Shown one piece after another: positions 51,984 through 62,750 of a stretch of DNA of 64,000 nt (within the stretch, counting starts at the first letter, position 1; the number at the start of each line of letters is the position of its first letter). The position numbers and the translations under genes are program-made. Where the stretch lies: the NCBI GenBank assembly GCA_950097015.1, contig CATNEN010000003.1, forward strand, positions 15,748,001 through 15,812,000. Reading direction: 5' to 3'. The notes under the pieces were generated by a model that was not told where the DNA came from, searched no databases, and was given only the letters and a program-made list of their open reading frames with translations. The DNA comes from Macrostomum hystrix (Eukaryota > Animalia > Platyhelminthes).

Positions 51984-54265
51984 GTACATAATATGCTGTA
52001 TGTATAAATTATACATGGGTAACATTTTACGTGCATCACTGTTCGTCAACTTATTATAGAAAACCGAATGTACGAATTTTTCTTTTACAGGAGATATTCA
52101 TTGGTTGCTTGCTGGCGATAATTGGAAACCTTATGATCAGTATATCATTAAACATCCAGGTAAATATTCGACATTTTATTAATGACTCTTTAGTCTTCAT
52201 TTTTTTCTCAGTAATATGATATATATATCTTATTCGCAACTTCATCAAGTAGTTTTCATATAGGTTTGAATTTTAGTAGAGATTTTAAATATTCTAAATT
52301 CAATGATGTATACAAATAGTTTTATTATTTTTTGTAATAACTGTAGGAAAATTTTTAGAAAACTTACGTTTTTTGTTCAATGATATACCTTGAAAGTTTT
52401 TCACAATTTAACTAATGTTACGCATAAAAGAAGGCTAAATCCAATAAGATTTTAAACTTCAAACACTACAATAGTAAAATAGTAAAAAATAGTTAAAAAA
52501 TTGCACCTAAATTAACAAAATATTTCCTCGAATCCCAAACAATAAATTCACCGCTTTTCAACGTTGTAATATCTTAATTTTTATCAGTTTTAGACACAAT
52601 ATCTAGGTTAATTGTATAATTTAAACTATTCTACAAACATTGGTCAGAAATACACGCACAACACGGACGAAAAACTGTTGGAATCGGAGCGGAAGCACTA
52701 TTTAAAGCGGCCTCTGTGGTGGATCGGTGTGGTTATGATGGTTCTCGGCGAAGTTGGCAATTTCGCCGCCTACGGATTTGCCCCGGCTTCAGTGGTGGCG
52801 CCGCTCGGCACGTCGACTGTCATAGCCAACATGTTCGTTGCGGTGATCTTCCTCCGTGAGCAGCTCAGACCCGAGGATCTGTTTGGCAGCGCTTTGGCTA
52901 TCGTCGGCGCCTTCCTAATTGTCAGCTTCTCTAAAAGGGTGCGAATCGATTTGGAAATATGAGAGTCGAAAAATTGACTCATCATTTTAGCAATCCAAAA
53001 TCTAAATCCAAAATCTCCTCAGCAACTCTCTTATCTCCTCATCAGCTCTCTTATCTCCTCGTCAGCTCTCTTATCTCCTCATCAACTCTCTTATCTACTC
53101 ATCAGCAAGCTTATCTCCTCATCAACTCTATTATCTCCTCATCAGCGAGCTTATCTCCTCGTCAGCTCTCTTATCTCCTCGTCAGCTCTCTTATCTCCTC
53201 ATCAACTCTCTTATCTCCTCGTCAGCTCTATTATCTCCTCATCAGCAAGCTTATCTCCTCATCAACTCTATTATCTCCTCATCAGCGAGCTTATCTCCTC
53301 GTCAGCTCTCTTATCTCCTCGTCAGCTCTCTTATCTCCTCATCAACTCTCTTATCTACTCATCAGCAAGCTTATCTCCTCGTCAGCTCTCTTATCTCCTC
53401 ATCAGCAAGCTTATCTCCTCATCAACTCTATTATCTCCGCATCAGCAAGCTTATCTCCTCGTCAGCTCTCTTATCTCCTCATCAACTCTTTTATCTAGTT
53501 ATCGGCTCTTTATCAACTTATCAGATATTTTTATCTCGTCATCGGCTCATTTTCTTATTGTTATCTTTCCTTTATTTTACTCACCTTTACGTTCTTAGAC
53601 ATCTGTCTAATCACTCTCATCTATTAGAATCGCGTTAACCAATTTAAATGTTAGAATGCTTACGCTTCGTCTAATTTCAGAACACTCGCAAGAATTAATA
53701 CCTAAAACCGTTTTGTAAAAAAAGTTGCAACTTTTCAAACTATTCACCTTGCGGGCCAGGCACAGATCGAGTTGAGTGAGAGACACGTGTAGTCAGGCCA
53801 CGAATCGGAAATACAAAACATGCACTGCGCTGTTCTCCCTGTTCCTTGGCAACAAAATTCCCAGCTAAAATCGATTAGATATATCCAAAGACGCTAATAT
53901 CGATTTCTAAGCGAGAGCATTTGTTTCCCGACAGAAATAATGAACGAACAGACGATCGAAACTAGATATACCATTCCCAGACATGAATCGATAAAGCCTA
54001 ACAGTTGCTAATCAGCCAACAAACACATTTATGGCATTTCTATCGTACCTGACCTTTCTACATTTCATTCTTGTCGCATGTCTGCTTTGGTGGACTACGC
54101 GGCAACAGAAAACTCTAGATTTAAAAATCCAGTTCTTTCCTGAGCAGAGTACTCTGTACTCAGATTTTTTAATCACCTGTTCCTTCTCAAATTCACGTCC
54201 AATGTAGTGGGTAAATCTGAATCATATTTTGGCTTTGAGGTCTGCGTTTGTGCTAGCACTTTTCC

Positions 54266-54361
<96 letters not shown>

Positions 54362-54362
54362 A

Positions 54363-54409
<47 letters not shown>

Positions 54410-54426
54410 ATATCTATCTATCTATC

Positions 54427-54485
<59 letters not shown>

Positions 54486-57400
54486 TCTCAATAGCGCACT
54501 GTTCTCAGAACTCAAATTTAAGCTCACGAGGCCACAGTCGCACGTGTTCATTGTTCTCTACTTTGACAATTGTAAATAGAGAAACTTAGTTGCAGTCTCG
54601 CGCTAAGAATAACGAAGCCATTTCTTGTTTCTCTGACCCACTAATGTACGCCAGATATTAGTGGGTCAGAGAAGACAGCAATGTACGAGAGACAGCATAA
54701 GCCAACAGAAATAGTTTCGCTGCATTATCATTCTAAGCACTGACAGTAAAACAAAAAATTTCCACCCTCTCATTTTTCAAACAGAAAGAGCATGTCTTCA
54801 ATGCTGTACAAATCATGGAGGCTTTAGGCAGTGCAAGGTTTATCATCTACATTGTGAGTGGAAATTTAAATAACAACTTTCTTTATCTCAATTTATTTTC
54901 TGTTGCAATCTTCAAGTGCTAAACATACTACTTACTTTGCAGACTGTAGAAGGGCTGATGCTAATTGTCTTATTCTTTCTGCTCTATATGCTGAAGAAAG
55001 ACAATGTGCTTGTGCTGCTTATGATTACTAGCATTATCGGTGAGTTTATGATTATGATTAATGACAATGACACCCAAGATAATGACACCCAAGATAATGA
55101 CACCCTAGATAATGACACCCAAGATAATGACACCCTAGATAATGACACCCTAGATAATGACACCCTAGATAATGACACCCTAGATAATGACACCCTAGAT
55201 AATGACACCCTAGATAATGACACCCTAGATAATGACACCCTAGATAATGGCACCCTAGATAATGACACCCTAGATAATGACACCCTAGATAATGACACCC
55301 TAGATAATGAAACCCTAGATAATGACACCCTTGATAATGACACCCTAGATAATGACACCCTAGATAATGACACCCTTGATAATGACACCCTAGATAATGA
55401 CACCCTAGATAATAACACCCTAGATAATGACACCCTAGATAATGGCACCCTAGATAATGACACCCTAGATAATGACACCCTAGATAATGACACCCTAGAT
55501 AATGACACCCTAGATAATGACACCCTTGATAATGACACCCTAGATAATGACACCCTAGATAATGACACCCTTGATAATGACACCCTAGATAATGACACCC
55601 TAGATAATGACACCCTAGATAATGACACCCTAGATAATGACACCCTAGATAATGACACCCTAGATAATGACACCCTAGATAATGACACCCTAGATAATGA
55701 CACCCTAGATAATGACACCCTAGATAATGACACCCTAGATAATGAAACCCTAGATAATGACACCCTTGATAATGACACCCTAGATAATGACACCCTAGAT
55801 AATGACACCCTTGATAATGACACCCTAGATAATGACACCCTAGATAATGACACCCTTGATAATGACACCCTAGATAATGACACCCTAGATAATGACACCC
55901 TAGATAATGACACCCTTGATAATGACACCCTAGATAATGACACCCTAGATAATGACACCCTAGATAATGACACCCTAGATAATAAGACCCTAGATAATGA
56001 CACCCTAGATAATAAGACCCTAGACAATTTCTACCCTAGATAATGACATTCTTGATAGTGACACCTAAGACGATGACACTTGAACGCCCCCTCCGCCCCT
56101 CCAAACAGCCTCTCTGACTGTCATCTGTGCCAAAGGTGTGTCCGGTCTGCTGAACCTGACAATGGCAGGCAGGCCGCAGTACCGCCACCCGGTCCTGTAC
56201 ATCATGGCTCTGATTATGTTGGCCACCTGTATTCTGCAGGTTCAGTAAGTTTTATCAACGAATTCTCTACCGGAATTTTCACAAAACAAAGTTTCATGTT
56301 TGTTCCATTTGTTTTTTAGCTACCTAAACCTGGCTATGAAGGGAAGCGACAGTACTGTTGTTGTCCCTACCAATTTTGTCTTTTTCACTATTAGTGCCAT
56401 CACGTCAGGTGAGTTGTTATATTTAGTTTTTTATGGGACTTCAGCATTTTGTAATGAAGTTCTGTATGTATTCTAAGAAAGCATTTAATTGTCTTACTAA
56501 ACACAATCGTATTTCCAGGAATCGTGTTTTTCAACGAATTTTCCGGCCTCTACAGTTTGAGTATATTCATGTTTCTCTTGGGGTGAGTAAAAAAATTAAA
56601 ATTATATTTTTGTCTTGTACCAGAGTCACTGAGATCGATTCCGCGGCGAGGCCACATTTATTTTGGGCCGCAGCCGTGAAGACAAGGCTGAGGGGCTTGT
56701 CGTGCTATTTGCGCCCTTGAGGGCCAACCTCCACGGCACAGTGAGAGTGTACACTGCCTGACGATGAGAAAGTCAAGGCGGATGTACACACCTGTGCGAG
56801 CGTGTGCTCACGGCACGAGTCAGCGGAATCCCCAAACCAAAAAATCCCATTTTCAGCTGTCTCCTATCCTTCATCGGTGTGTACTTTATCACCTTCAACC
56901 GAGCTCACCCAACTGCCGATGCCAAGCCAAAGGAGTCTATTGATCCAGATAATGACGGCGCCGATCTAGACTCAACGATGGTCAAAACCGATCTCAATCT
57001 TGACGCTGGGTCAGTAGCGTCATTGACAACGGTTGACGACCGAGCGGCTTTAGTGAATCTGCAGCAGGCCAGTAAAAAGAGAAATAATCAGAGACAGCAG
57101 CAGAAAATTCAGACGGGAGAAATTCCAGGTCAGTGATAGACTTTTTGTCTACCTTCAATTTGCTGTCAATCATATTTAATGGTTCTTTATTAGAGCCATT
57201 TTAATATAGTTCGTCTCCGAATTGGTCCTTATCACTTCTCCTATCTTAAAATTGGTCACTCGTCAGCATTCATCATCTTCAAGTTGGTCATTCTCTCTTT
57301 CGTGATCTTCAAGTTGGTCATTGTCTCCACTATGATCTTCAAGTTGGTCATTGTCTCCACTATGATCTTCAAGTTGGTCATTGTCTCCACTATGATCTTC

Positions 57401-58807
57401 AAGTTGGTCATTGTCTCCACTATGATCTTCAAGTTGGTCATTGTCTCCACTATGATCTTCAAGTTGGTCATTGTCTCCACTATGATCTTCAAGTTGGTCA
57501 TTGTCTCCACTATGATCTTCAAGTTGGTCATTGTCTCCACTATGATCTTCAAGTTGGTCATTGTCTCCACTATGATCTTCAAGTTGGTCATTGTCTCCAC
57601 TATGATCTTCAAGTTGGTCATTGTCTCCACTATGATCTTCAAGTTGGTCATTGTCTCCACTATGATCTTCAAGTTGGTCATTTAGTTATCTTGATTTTGA
57701 TTCAATTTTCTGAAAAATTAAAAAATACTTAATAGCTAGCTAATTGGTTGTAATGACTAGCTTTTCATATCCTCTTCCCGCGACTTCTCAAACACCAAAA
57801 ATACATCAAGACGAGACAACTGCTTTGCTGGCCAACGAATATGGACCCCATTTAACTGACGACTAAATCACCCGAGGTGCAAATATTCAGTCCTAAATAT
57901 TTTTATTTCAACGAAGCATTTTTTACTTTACTTTTTTCAACTCAGTTTGTTATTTTTTGCAACCACTGACTACCAAAGTAGCTTCTCGTATTTATTTCGA
58001 AAAGAAAATTTTTACGGGCCTTGATTGCAAGGATGTTTTTCAATTGTGTAAAAACTTATTTCTTTGTTTAGTTAATGCACTTCTTTTTTAATATGGCATC
58101 TCAGTTTTTTTATTTATTTTATTTGTTTGTTTACTTGAACTATGAATTCTAGTCATAGATTGAAATGACCAATCAAATTCTAGTCATAGATTGAAATGAC
58201 CAACCAAATTCTAGTCATAGATTAAAATGACTCATCAGATTCTAGGCATAGATTAAAATGACCCATCAAATTCTAGTCATAGATTAAAATGACCCATCAA
58301 ATTGTAGTCATAGATTAAAATGACTCATCAGATTCTAGGCATAGATTAAAATGACACATCAGATTCTAGGCATAGATTAAAATGACTCATCAGATTCTAG
58401 GCATAGATTAAAATGACCCATCAAATTCTAGTCATAGATTAAAATGACCAATCAAATTCTAGTCATAGATTAAAATGACCAATCAAATTCTAGTCATAGA
58501 TTAAAATGACCCATCAAATTGTAGTCATAGATTAAAATGACTCATCAGATTCTAGGCATAGATTAAAATGACCCATCAGATTCTAGGCATAGAATTGTTT
58601 GGTCACAGCTACTTGCGCAATTTTTTTATTTATCTTTTTTTAATTTTTTGGTTTTTTGGTTCACTAAACTAAACTTAAAACTAAAATATCATATCATTTT
58701 TTTATATTTGTTTAACAGGCTTGCTAAGCGGCTCAGTGACAACTTCTGAAGTGCAACCGAAAACTAATAAAACAGATAGCGAAGATGAAGACATCCTGTA
58801 TAAGCAA

Positions 58808-58842
<35 letters not shown>

Positions 58843-58930
58843 AGGTACTTCTGGCAGAGACGCAGCTAGTCGAGGCATAAGCGACCCCGTAGACCCAAAT
58901 GCCGCAGATTTCCTAGCATCAAATCGTTGA
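51891..58930 (+). CDS. NIPAL2: NIPA-like magnesium transporter (NIPAL2/NIPAL3 clade, DMT superfamily), 10 coding exons, 463 aa
   Basis: Exons 51891-51983, 52091-52159, 52648-52938, 54785-54853, 54943-55039, 56109-56244, 56320-56408, 56519-56582, 56857-57128, 58719-58930 total 1392 nt, all GT-AG and in phase. Hallmark motifs GNLMISISLNIQKYTH, LWWIG..MVLGEVGNFAAYGFAPASVVAPLG, YLNLAM..DSTVVVPTNFVFFT. Orthology to NIPAL2 versus NIPAL3 is not resolvable by eye. Confidence 0.93.
52091..52159 (+). CDS. NIPAL2: NIPAL exon 2 (TM1)
   Basis: EIFIGCLLAIIGNLMISISLNIQ; ttttacag| and |gtaaat. Confidence 0.92.
52648..52938 (+). CDS. NIPAL2: NIPAL exon 3
   Basis: KYTHN...GEVGNFAAYGFAPASVVAPLG...VSFSKR|gtgcga. 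Confidence 0.93.
53012..53520. repeat. 20-bp minisatellite (TTATCTCCTCRTCAGCTCTC) in NIPAL intron 3
   Basis: direct periodicity. Confidence 0.95.
54266..54485. repeat. (TATC)n / GATA microsatellite, ~55 units
   Basis: direct periodicity. Confidence 0.98.
54785..54853 (+). CDS. NIPAL2: NIPAL exon 4
   Basis: KEHVFNAVQIMEALGSARFIIYI|gtgagt. Confidence 0.85.
54943..55039 (+). CDS. NIPAL2: NIPAL exon 5
   Basis: TVEGLMLIVLFFLLYMLKKDNVLVLLMITSII, G|gtgagt. Confidence 0.88.
55060..56080. repeat. 15-bp minisatellite (AATGACACCCTAGAT), ~67 copies, fills NIPAL intron 5
   Basis: direct periodicity. Confidence 0.97.
56109..56244 (+). CDS. NIPAL2: NIPAL exon 6
   Basis: ASLTVICAKGVSGLLNLTMAGRPQYRHPVLYIMALIMLATCILQV, |gtaagt. 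Confidence 0.92.
56320..56408 (+). CDS. NIPAL2: NIPAL exon 7
   Basis: YLNLAMKGSDSTVVVPTNFVFFTISAITS, |gtgagt. Confidence 0.92.
56519..56582 (+). CDS. NIPAL2: NIPAL exon 8
   Basis: GIVFFNEFSGLYSLSIFMFLLG, |gtgagt. Confidence 0.92.
56617..56830 (+). mobile_element. SINE family A copy filling most of NIPAL intron 8
   Basis: GATCGATTCCGCGGCGAGGCCACATTTATT ... GTGTACACTGCCTGACGATGAGAAAGTCA ... GAGTCAGCGGAAT. Confidence 0.85.
56857..57128 (+). CDS. NIPAL2: NIPAL exon 9 (last TM and cytosolic tail)
   Basis: CLLSFIGVYFITFNR...GEIP, G|gtcagt. Confidence 0.88.
57275..57682. repeat. 30-bp near-perfect minisatellite (TATGATCTTCAAGTTGGTCATTGTCTCCAC), ~13 copies
   Basis: direct periodicity. Confidence 0.97.
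58146..58593. repeat. 31-bp minisatellite (ATTCTAGTCATAGATTAAAATGACCCATCAA), ~14 copies
   Basis: direct periodicity. Confidence 0.96.
58719..58930 (+). CDS. NIPAL2: NIPAL exon 10 (acidic/polyQ tail, stop)
   Basis: tttaacag|GC continues phase 1; GLLSGS..Q12..ASNR*. Confidence 0.8.
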
Positions 58931-59074
58931 TTTTACTTAATCTCGTATTATTAATTATGGCACTACATATCAATTATGTGTTGACTTGACGATAACTTTT
59001 AGCTTATGATGTGTGTTTTCATTAATTATAGTATTAATAATAGTTCATAATTATTTAGTACTCGTTACTATTTC

Positions 59075-59336
59075 AAGCCGACAGCACAGCCGAAGCTATT
59101 GTGCAATTGTGCATGCTGTGTACGGCTGTTCAGTCCATGGACTGGGGGGACGCCACACCCACCAATTATCACCCCAGCTATTGCTGTTACCCATTTAACA
59201 GCTGGGTGAACTGAATGAAGCAATGCAGAGTTAAGTGTCTTGCTAAAGGACACAAATTGTTCCAGTGGAGCCAGAAAGAGAACCCCTGACCTTCAAGTCG
59301 TGAGTCCGACGTTCTAACCACTAGTCTATTCAACCT
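59075..59336 (-). mobile_element. tRNA-derived CORE-like SINE (family B)
   Basis: Minus strand: tRNA head (TAGACTAGTGGTTAGAACGTCGGACT..GGTT) followed by TGTGTCCTTTAGCAAGACACTTAAC..CACCCAGCTGTTAAATGGG, resembling the CORE domain of MIR-type SINEs. Confidence 0.75.
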
Positions 59337-59638
59337 TCGCCTCACACACTGATTGTTATCCGAGAGTAGTGTATGTGCACAATTACGAGTAATATCTACT
59401 GTGCCATGCAAACACTTTTGGTGCTAAAAATTCAGTATGAGAAGTTATAAAGCATCGATATCTTATAGTTTCTAATCACGAAGAATACTTTCAGAAATGT
59501 CATCAGCTGGTAACCAATGCCTGTAAATGCTCTTTAGCCTATGTTACCTTCAATGCCTAGAAGTTATTCAGTATTTTTATTTATTTATCAATCTGTCGAA
59601 AAGCACATGCAACATAACGATGCTTCCAAAATACTTAA

Positions 59639-60237
59639 CAGTAGAACTACCAAGGGGGGAATTCCCCCCCTGACAATTTATTTGCTGCACCCGAACGGAG
59701 CAACGCAGGCACACGAAACTCAAGAATACGGGCCAACTTTTTGTTGCGCATCTTCTGAAACAAGAAACAAGTCGCCAGCTCTTCAGACCGTCGAGATATT
59801 CAATGTTTCTGGCCGAAGGTCCGATTTTTCCCATAAGAGCTAGTGTATTTCATACACCCCTATACACGAATTTGCACTGCGCCTCAGTGCGGCCTTTCCA
59901 GACCTTCAAACTTGATCAGCATGTCACCCGAATGTGCCTGCATCATCTCCGTCTTTGGTGGTCACCTACCTTTATCTAGACGGACTGCGGGACCTTCAAG
60001 TGCAAAAAATGTGGAAATAGGCCACTCTGGACACCCTGACGCGAATTTCTAAAATTTCACTGCTGAAGCCAAAATATTAGGCGCAGCTCAACCACAGGAC
60101 ACCATCGCCTAGTCTGTCAACCAATCAGTAACCACCCTACGCGGTTAGCTTTCAGGCGCTGCCAAAAAATTTTCTCAGGGGGGGGAATCCCCCCTTGGTA
60201 TAAAAACGGGCGGCAAAATGGCTTGGTAGTCCTACTG
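59639..60237. mobile_element. Non-autonomous TTAA-specific (piggyBac-like) DNA transposon, 599 bp
   Basis: TTAA on both flanks; TIRs CAGTAGAACTACCAAG / CTTGGTAGTCCTACTG; internal G/C-run inverted repeats. Confidence 0.85.
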
Positions 60238-61108
60238 TTAATAAGGCTGTATCAAACTGCATTTCATATCAGCTAGACTTGTATGCTTCGTGTAACTAAC
60301 AATCAATTTATTCGTGATTTGAAAGAACAATTACTCTTTGTTATACTTTTCTGTCTCTTTGGTTATCAGTGTGCTAACAAACCATATTTTTATGATAGTT
60401 TATATGCGCCTTCGGCCCGTTGTAGTGCTTCCATATACTGCAAGTGTTAAGCTCGTATATACTTTTGAAGCCAAAGTGATCACATTAAAACTGCTTACTG
60501 CCTACTGTTAAGTAATTACATTTTTCTCTTTTCTGCATCTCCTAAAGTATTCAACCATGAAAATCATGGCATGGTTTTTCTGCTCACAAAATTTCATCGT
60601 GTTATCATGACGGCTAGTATTGTTGAATATTTTGGATTGATTGAATTAATTTTTTTTGAACCAACATGGAGTCATTTACACAGAGCTGTCCTAGTCACCA
60701 GGGTCGTCGACAAGAATCACTGAATCATCTCGACGATGCTAACGTCGGACGGCTTTGAAAGCTTTAAACGGAAAATTTTGATATAACTGGCTACGTTGTC
60801 GACGTTCTTGAAAGTCGGTCATTCGGTTTGAAATATGTGAAATACTCACAAGGCCTTTCTACTATAAAAGAAAACTAAATAAAAAATAAGCAGATCAGTA
60901 CCTTAGCAGGCAAGCAAGTCAGTTCATAAAATACCAAAGTCAGGTGTATTGCCACCACAAACATTTTCACTCTATTAACAGAAGCAGAATGGAAAACAGA
61001 TATGTCGTACAAGAAAAATTAGTTTAATGACGAAGCATTCTCGTAAAGTGGGGTTTAAATTCAGCTTTCAGTCAGTACTTTTCTAGATTTCAGAAGCATT
61101 TTTTGCTA

Positions 61109-61735
61109 TCAATCCAGTTGCAACTCGTTTTCGAAAATCTTTCCCGCCTTACCCTTATTGGAATCCTCCTGATTGTTGCTATTACCTAGCAGAACAAAAC
61201 CACCATCACTGGTAGGGGGGCAACAGGTGGAGCTACAGGTGGCAGTTCCAGCGCTTGTCTTCGTTTGATCCTCCGCCAGACGTTCGTTGACTCTGTCCAC
61301 CAGCGATCGGAGCTGTTCGCGAGACATCGACGGACCGGGCACGAGTCCTGGCTCCTCCTCGGTTTGAGTTTCATTTTTCTTGTCGTCTTCGTTGTCCGCG
61401 GCGGTGCCCATCAGCTGAGCAAAGTAGGCCGGTCGTTTAACAAAAGTTTCATACATTCTAGCGAATTCTTTCTTGCTCAACTTGCCCGGCCGGCTGATGC
61501 CGAATTTCGCCACGGTGCGCTCGATAAAACTGCGCATCGATGCATCACTTTGAGCAGACTCACTTTGAGCAGACTCGCAATCCGAATTTCGGAAACCGGA
61601 CGATCTGCGCCGATTCAGTAGCTGATCAGCGGCCTGGGCAACTGTTATATATCCGTCTTTGTCGGCGCGCAACTGTTCAAACACTCCGCTTGTTAATAAG
61701 TGAGTCAGCGAGCGACCAGCATTGTAGCTAGCCAT
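61109..61735 (-). CDS. Intronless 208-aa protein with two degenerate EF-hand-like helix-loop-helix motifs
   Basis: ATG-initiated ORF with coding-like composition; loops (F..L)RADKDGYITVAQA and (KF)GISRPGKLSKKEF(ARMY) fit EF-hand spacing (G at loop position 6, hydrophobic at 8). Confidence 0.7.
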   Translation of the reverse strand: MASYNAGRSLTHLLTSGVFEQLRADKDGYITVAQAADQLLNRRRSSGFRNSDCESAQSESAQSDASMRSFIERTVAKFGISRPGKLSKKEFARMYETFVKRPAYFAQLMGTAADNEDDKKNETQTEEEPGLVPGPSMSREQLRSLVDRVNERLAEDQTKTSAGTATCSSTCCPPTSDGGFVLLGNSNNQEDSNKGKAGKIFENELQLD

Positions 61736-62139
61736 TTCTCTGCTGAGCTTGGTAGATACAAATCTATATCAAATGCTAAGCCAGACAAATCAATTTGTTT
61801 ATTTAGCTAGTTTTTTATTGACGCACGCTATTTAAACTAGTCAGCACTGGTGCGATTTCAAGTCTTTCGACCATAGACTAGTTGCATTGGTACTGTTTTG
61901 CCTACTTTTCGCCCGAAGCGAAGAGAACTCGATTTGTTTAAATTTTGACATTTGACAGTCAAAAAGTTGAGAGAGCCAATAGGAACGACAGCCTTAATGA
62001 GGTAGCTACATTGAAATCTTCATTTACTCCGGCCTAAAATGCGAGAGATTTAACTCATTTTACACAAAGATTCCGGTGCATTTTGTCTTTTTTTCATTTT
62101 TTTCATTAGCCCTAGGGCAAATCAAAACATAACTTGATG

Positions 62140-62750
62140 GCCTCCTAACAATCACCTCACAAAAGTTCTGGGAGTTGATCGCAGACGAGTATGACGTCGT
62201 TGTGGAAACTTAGTGATTGACAAGAGCGGCACACACAAGTGGGGAACACACAAAACTAGTAAAACACAACTCTGGGGAACCTGTAGCGCTTCAGTAGTTC
62301 GCCATCGTCAAGGGCCAGCGGATCGCTCCTAAAGTTGACACATGGCATTGCAGTTTACAATGTCATGTCATGATATATTGAAAGAATAATATATCATTAT
62401 CACTAACCTGTCCCGAAAAACCCGAGGAATACTTTGCCTCTCGGTCGCACGACGAGTAATTAAAACGGCAAACATTTTATTCCAAAAGATCGACTCTTGC
62501 TGTTCAGATAGCGACTTGAAACTTAGGACAACTCTAGATGTGTCCTAAAGTTAAGATCGACCATGACAGTTTTGGTCATAGACAGTCTCTCTTGATAAAA
62601 CGCACCAGTCGCAAGTTCGATCTTATCTTCCCTAAGGTCAGACCTAAGTTGGATCCCAGCTAAGATCGACTTTCATCTTCATAGAACACGTCGATCCTAA
62701 ACTCAATCCTAAGTTTGATCTTAAGATTGTAAGTTCGTAAAACACCCCCC
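62140..62750 (+). mobile_element. Possible decayed PIF/Harbinger element end with Myb/SANT-like relic
   Basis: Ends GTTCGTAAAACACCCCC(CAG) after clustered GATCGAC/CCTAAG subterminal motifs; upstream reads KFWELIADEY..(stops)..HKW; no matching left TIR found. Confidence 0.3.
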
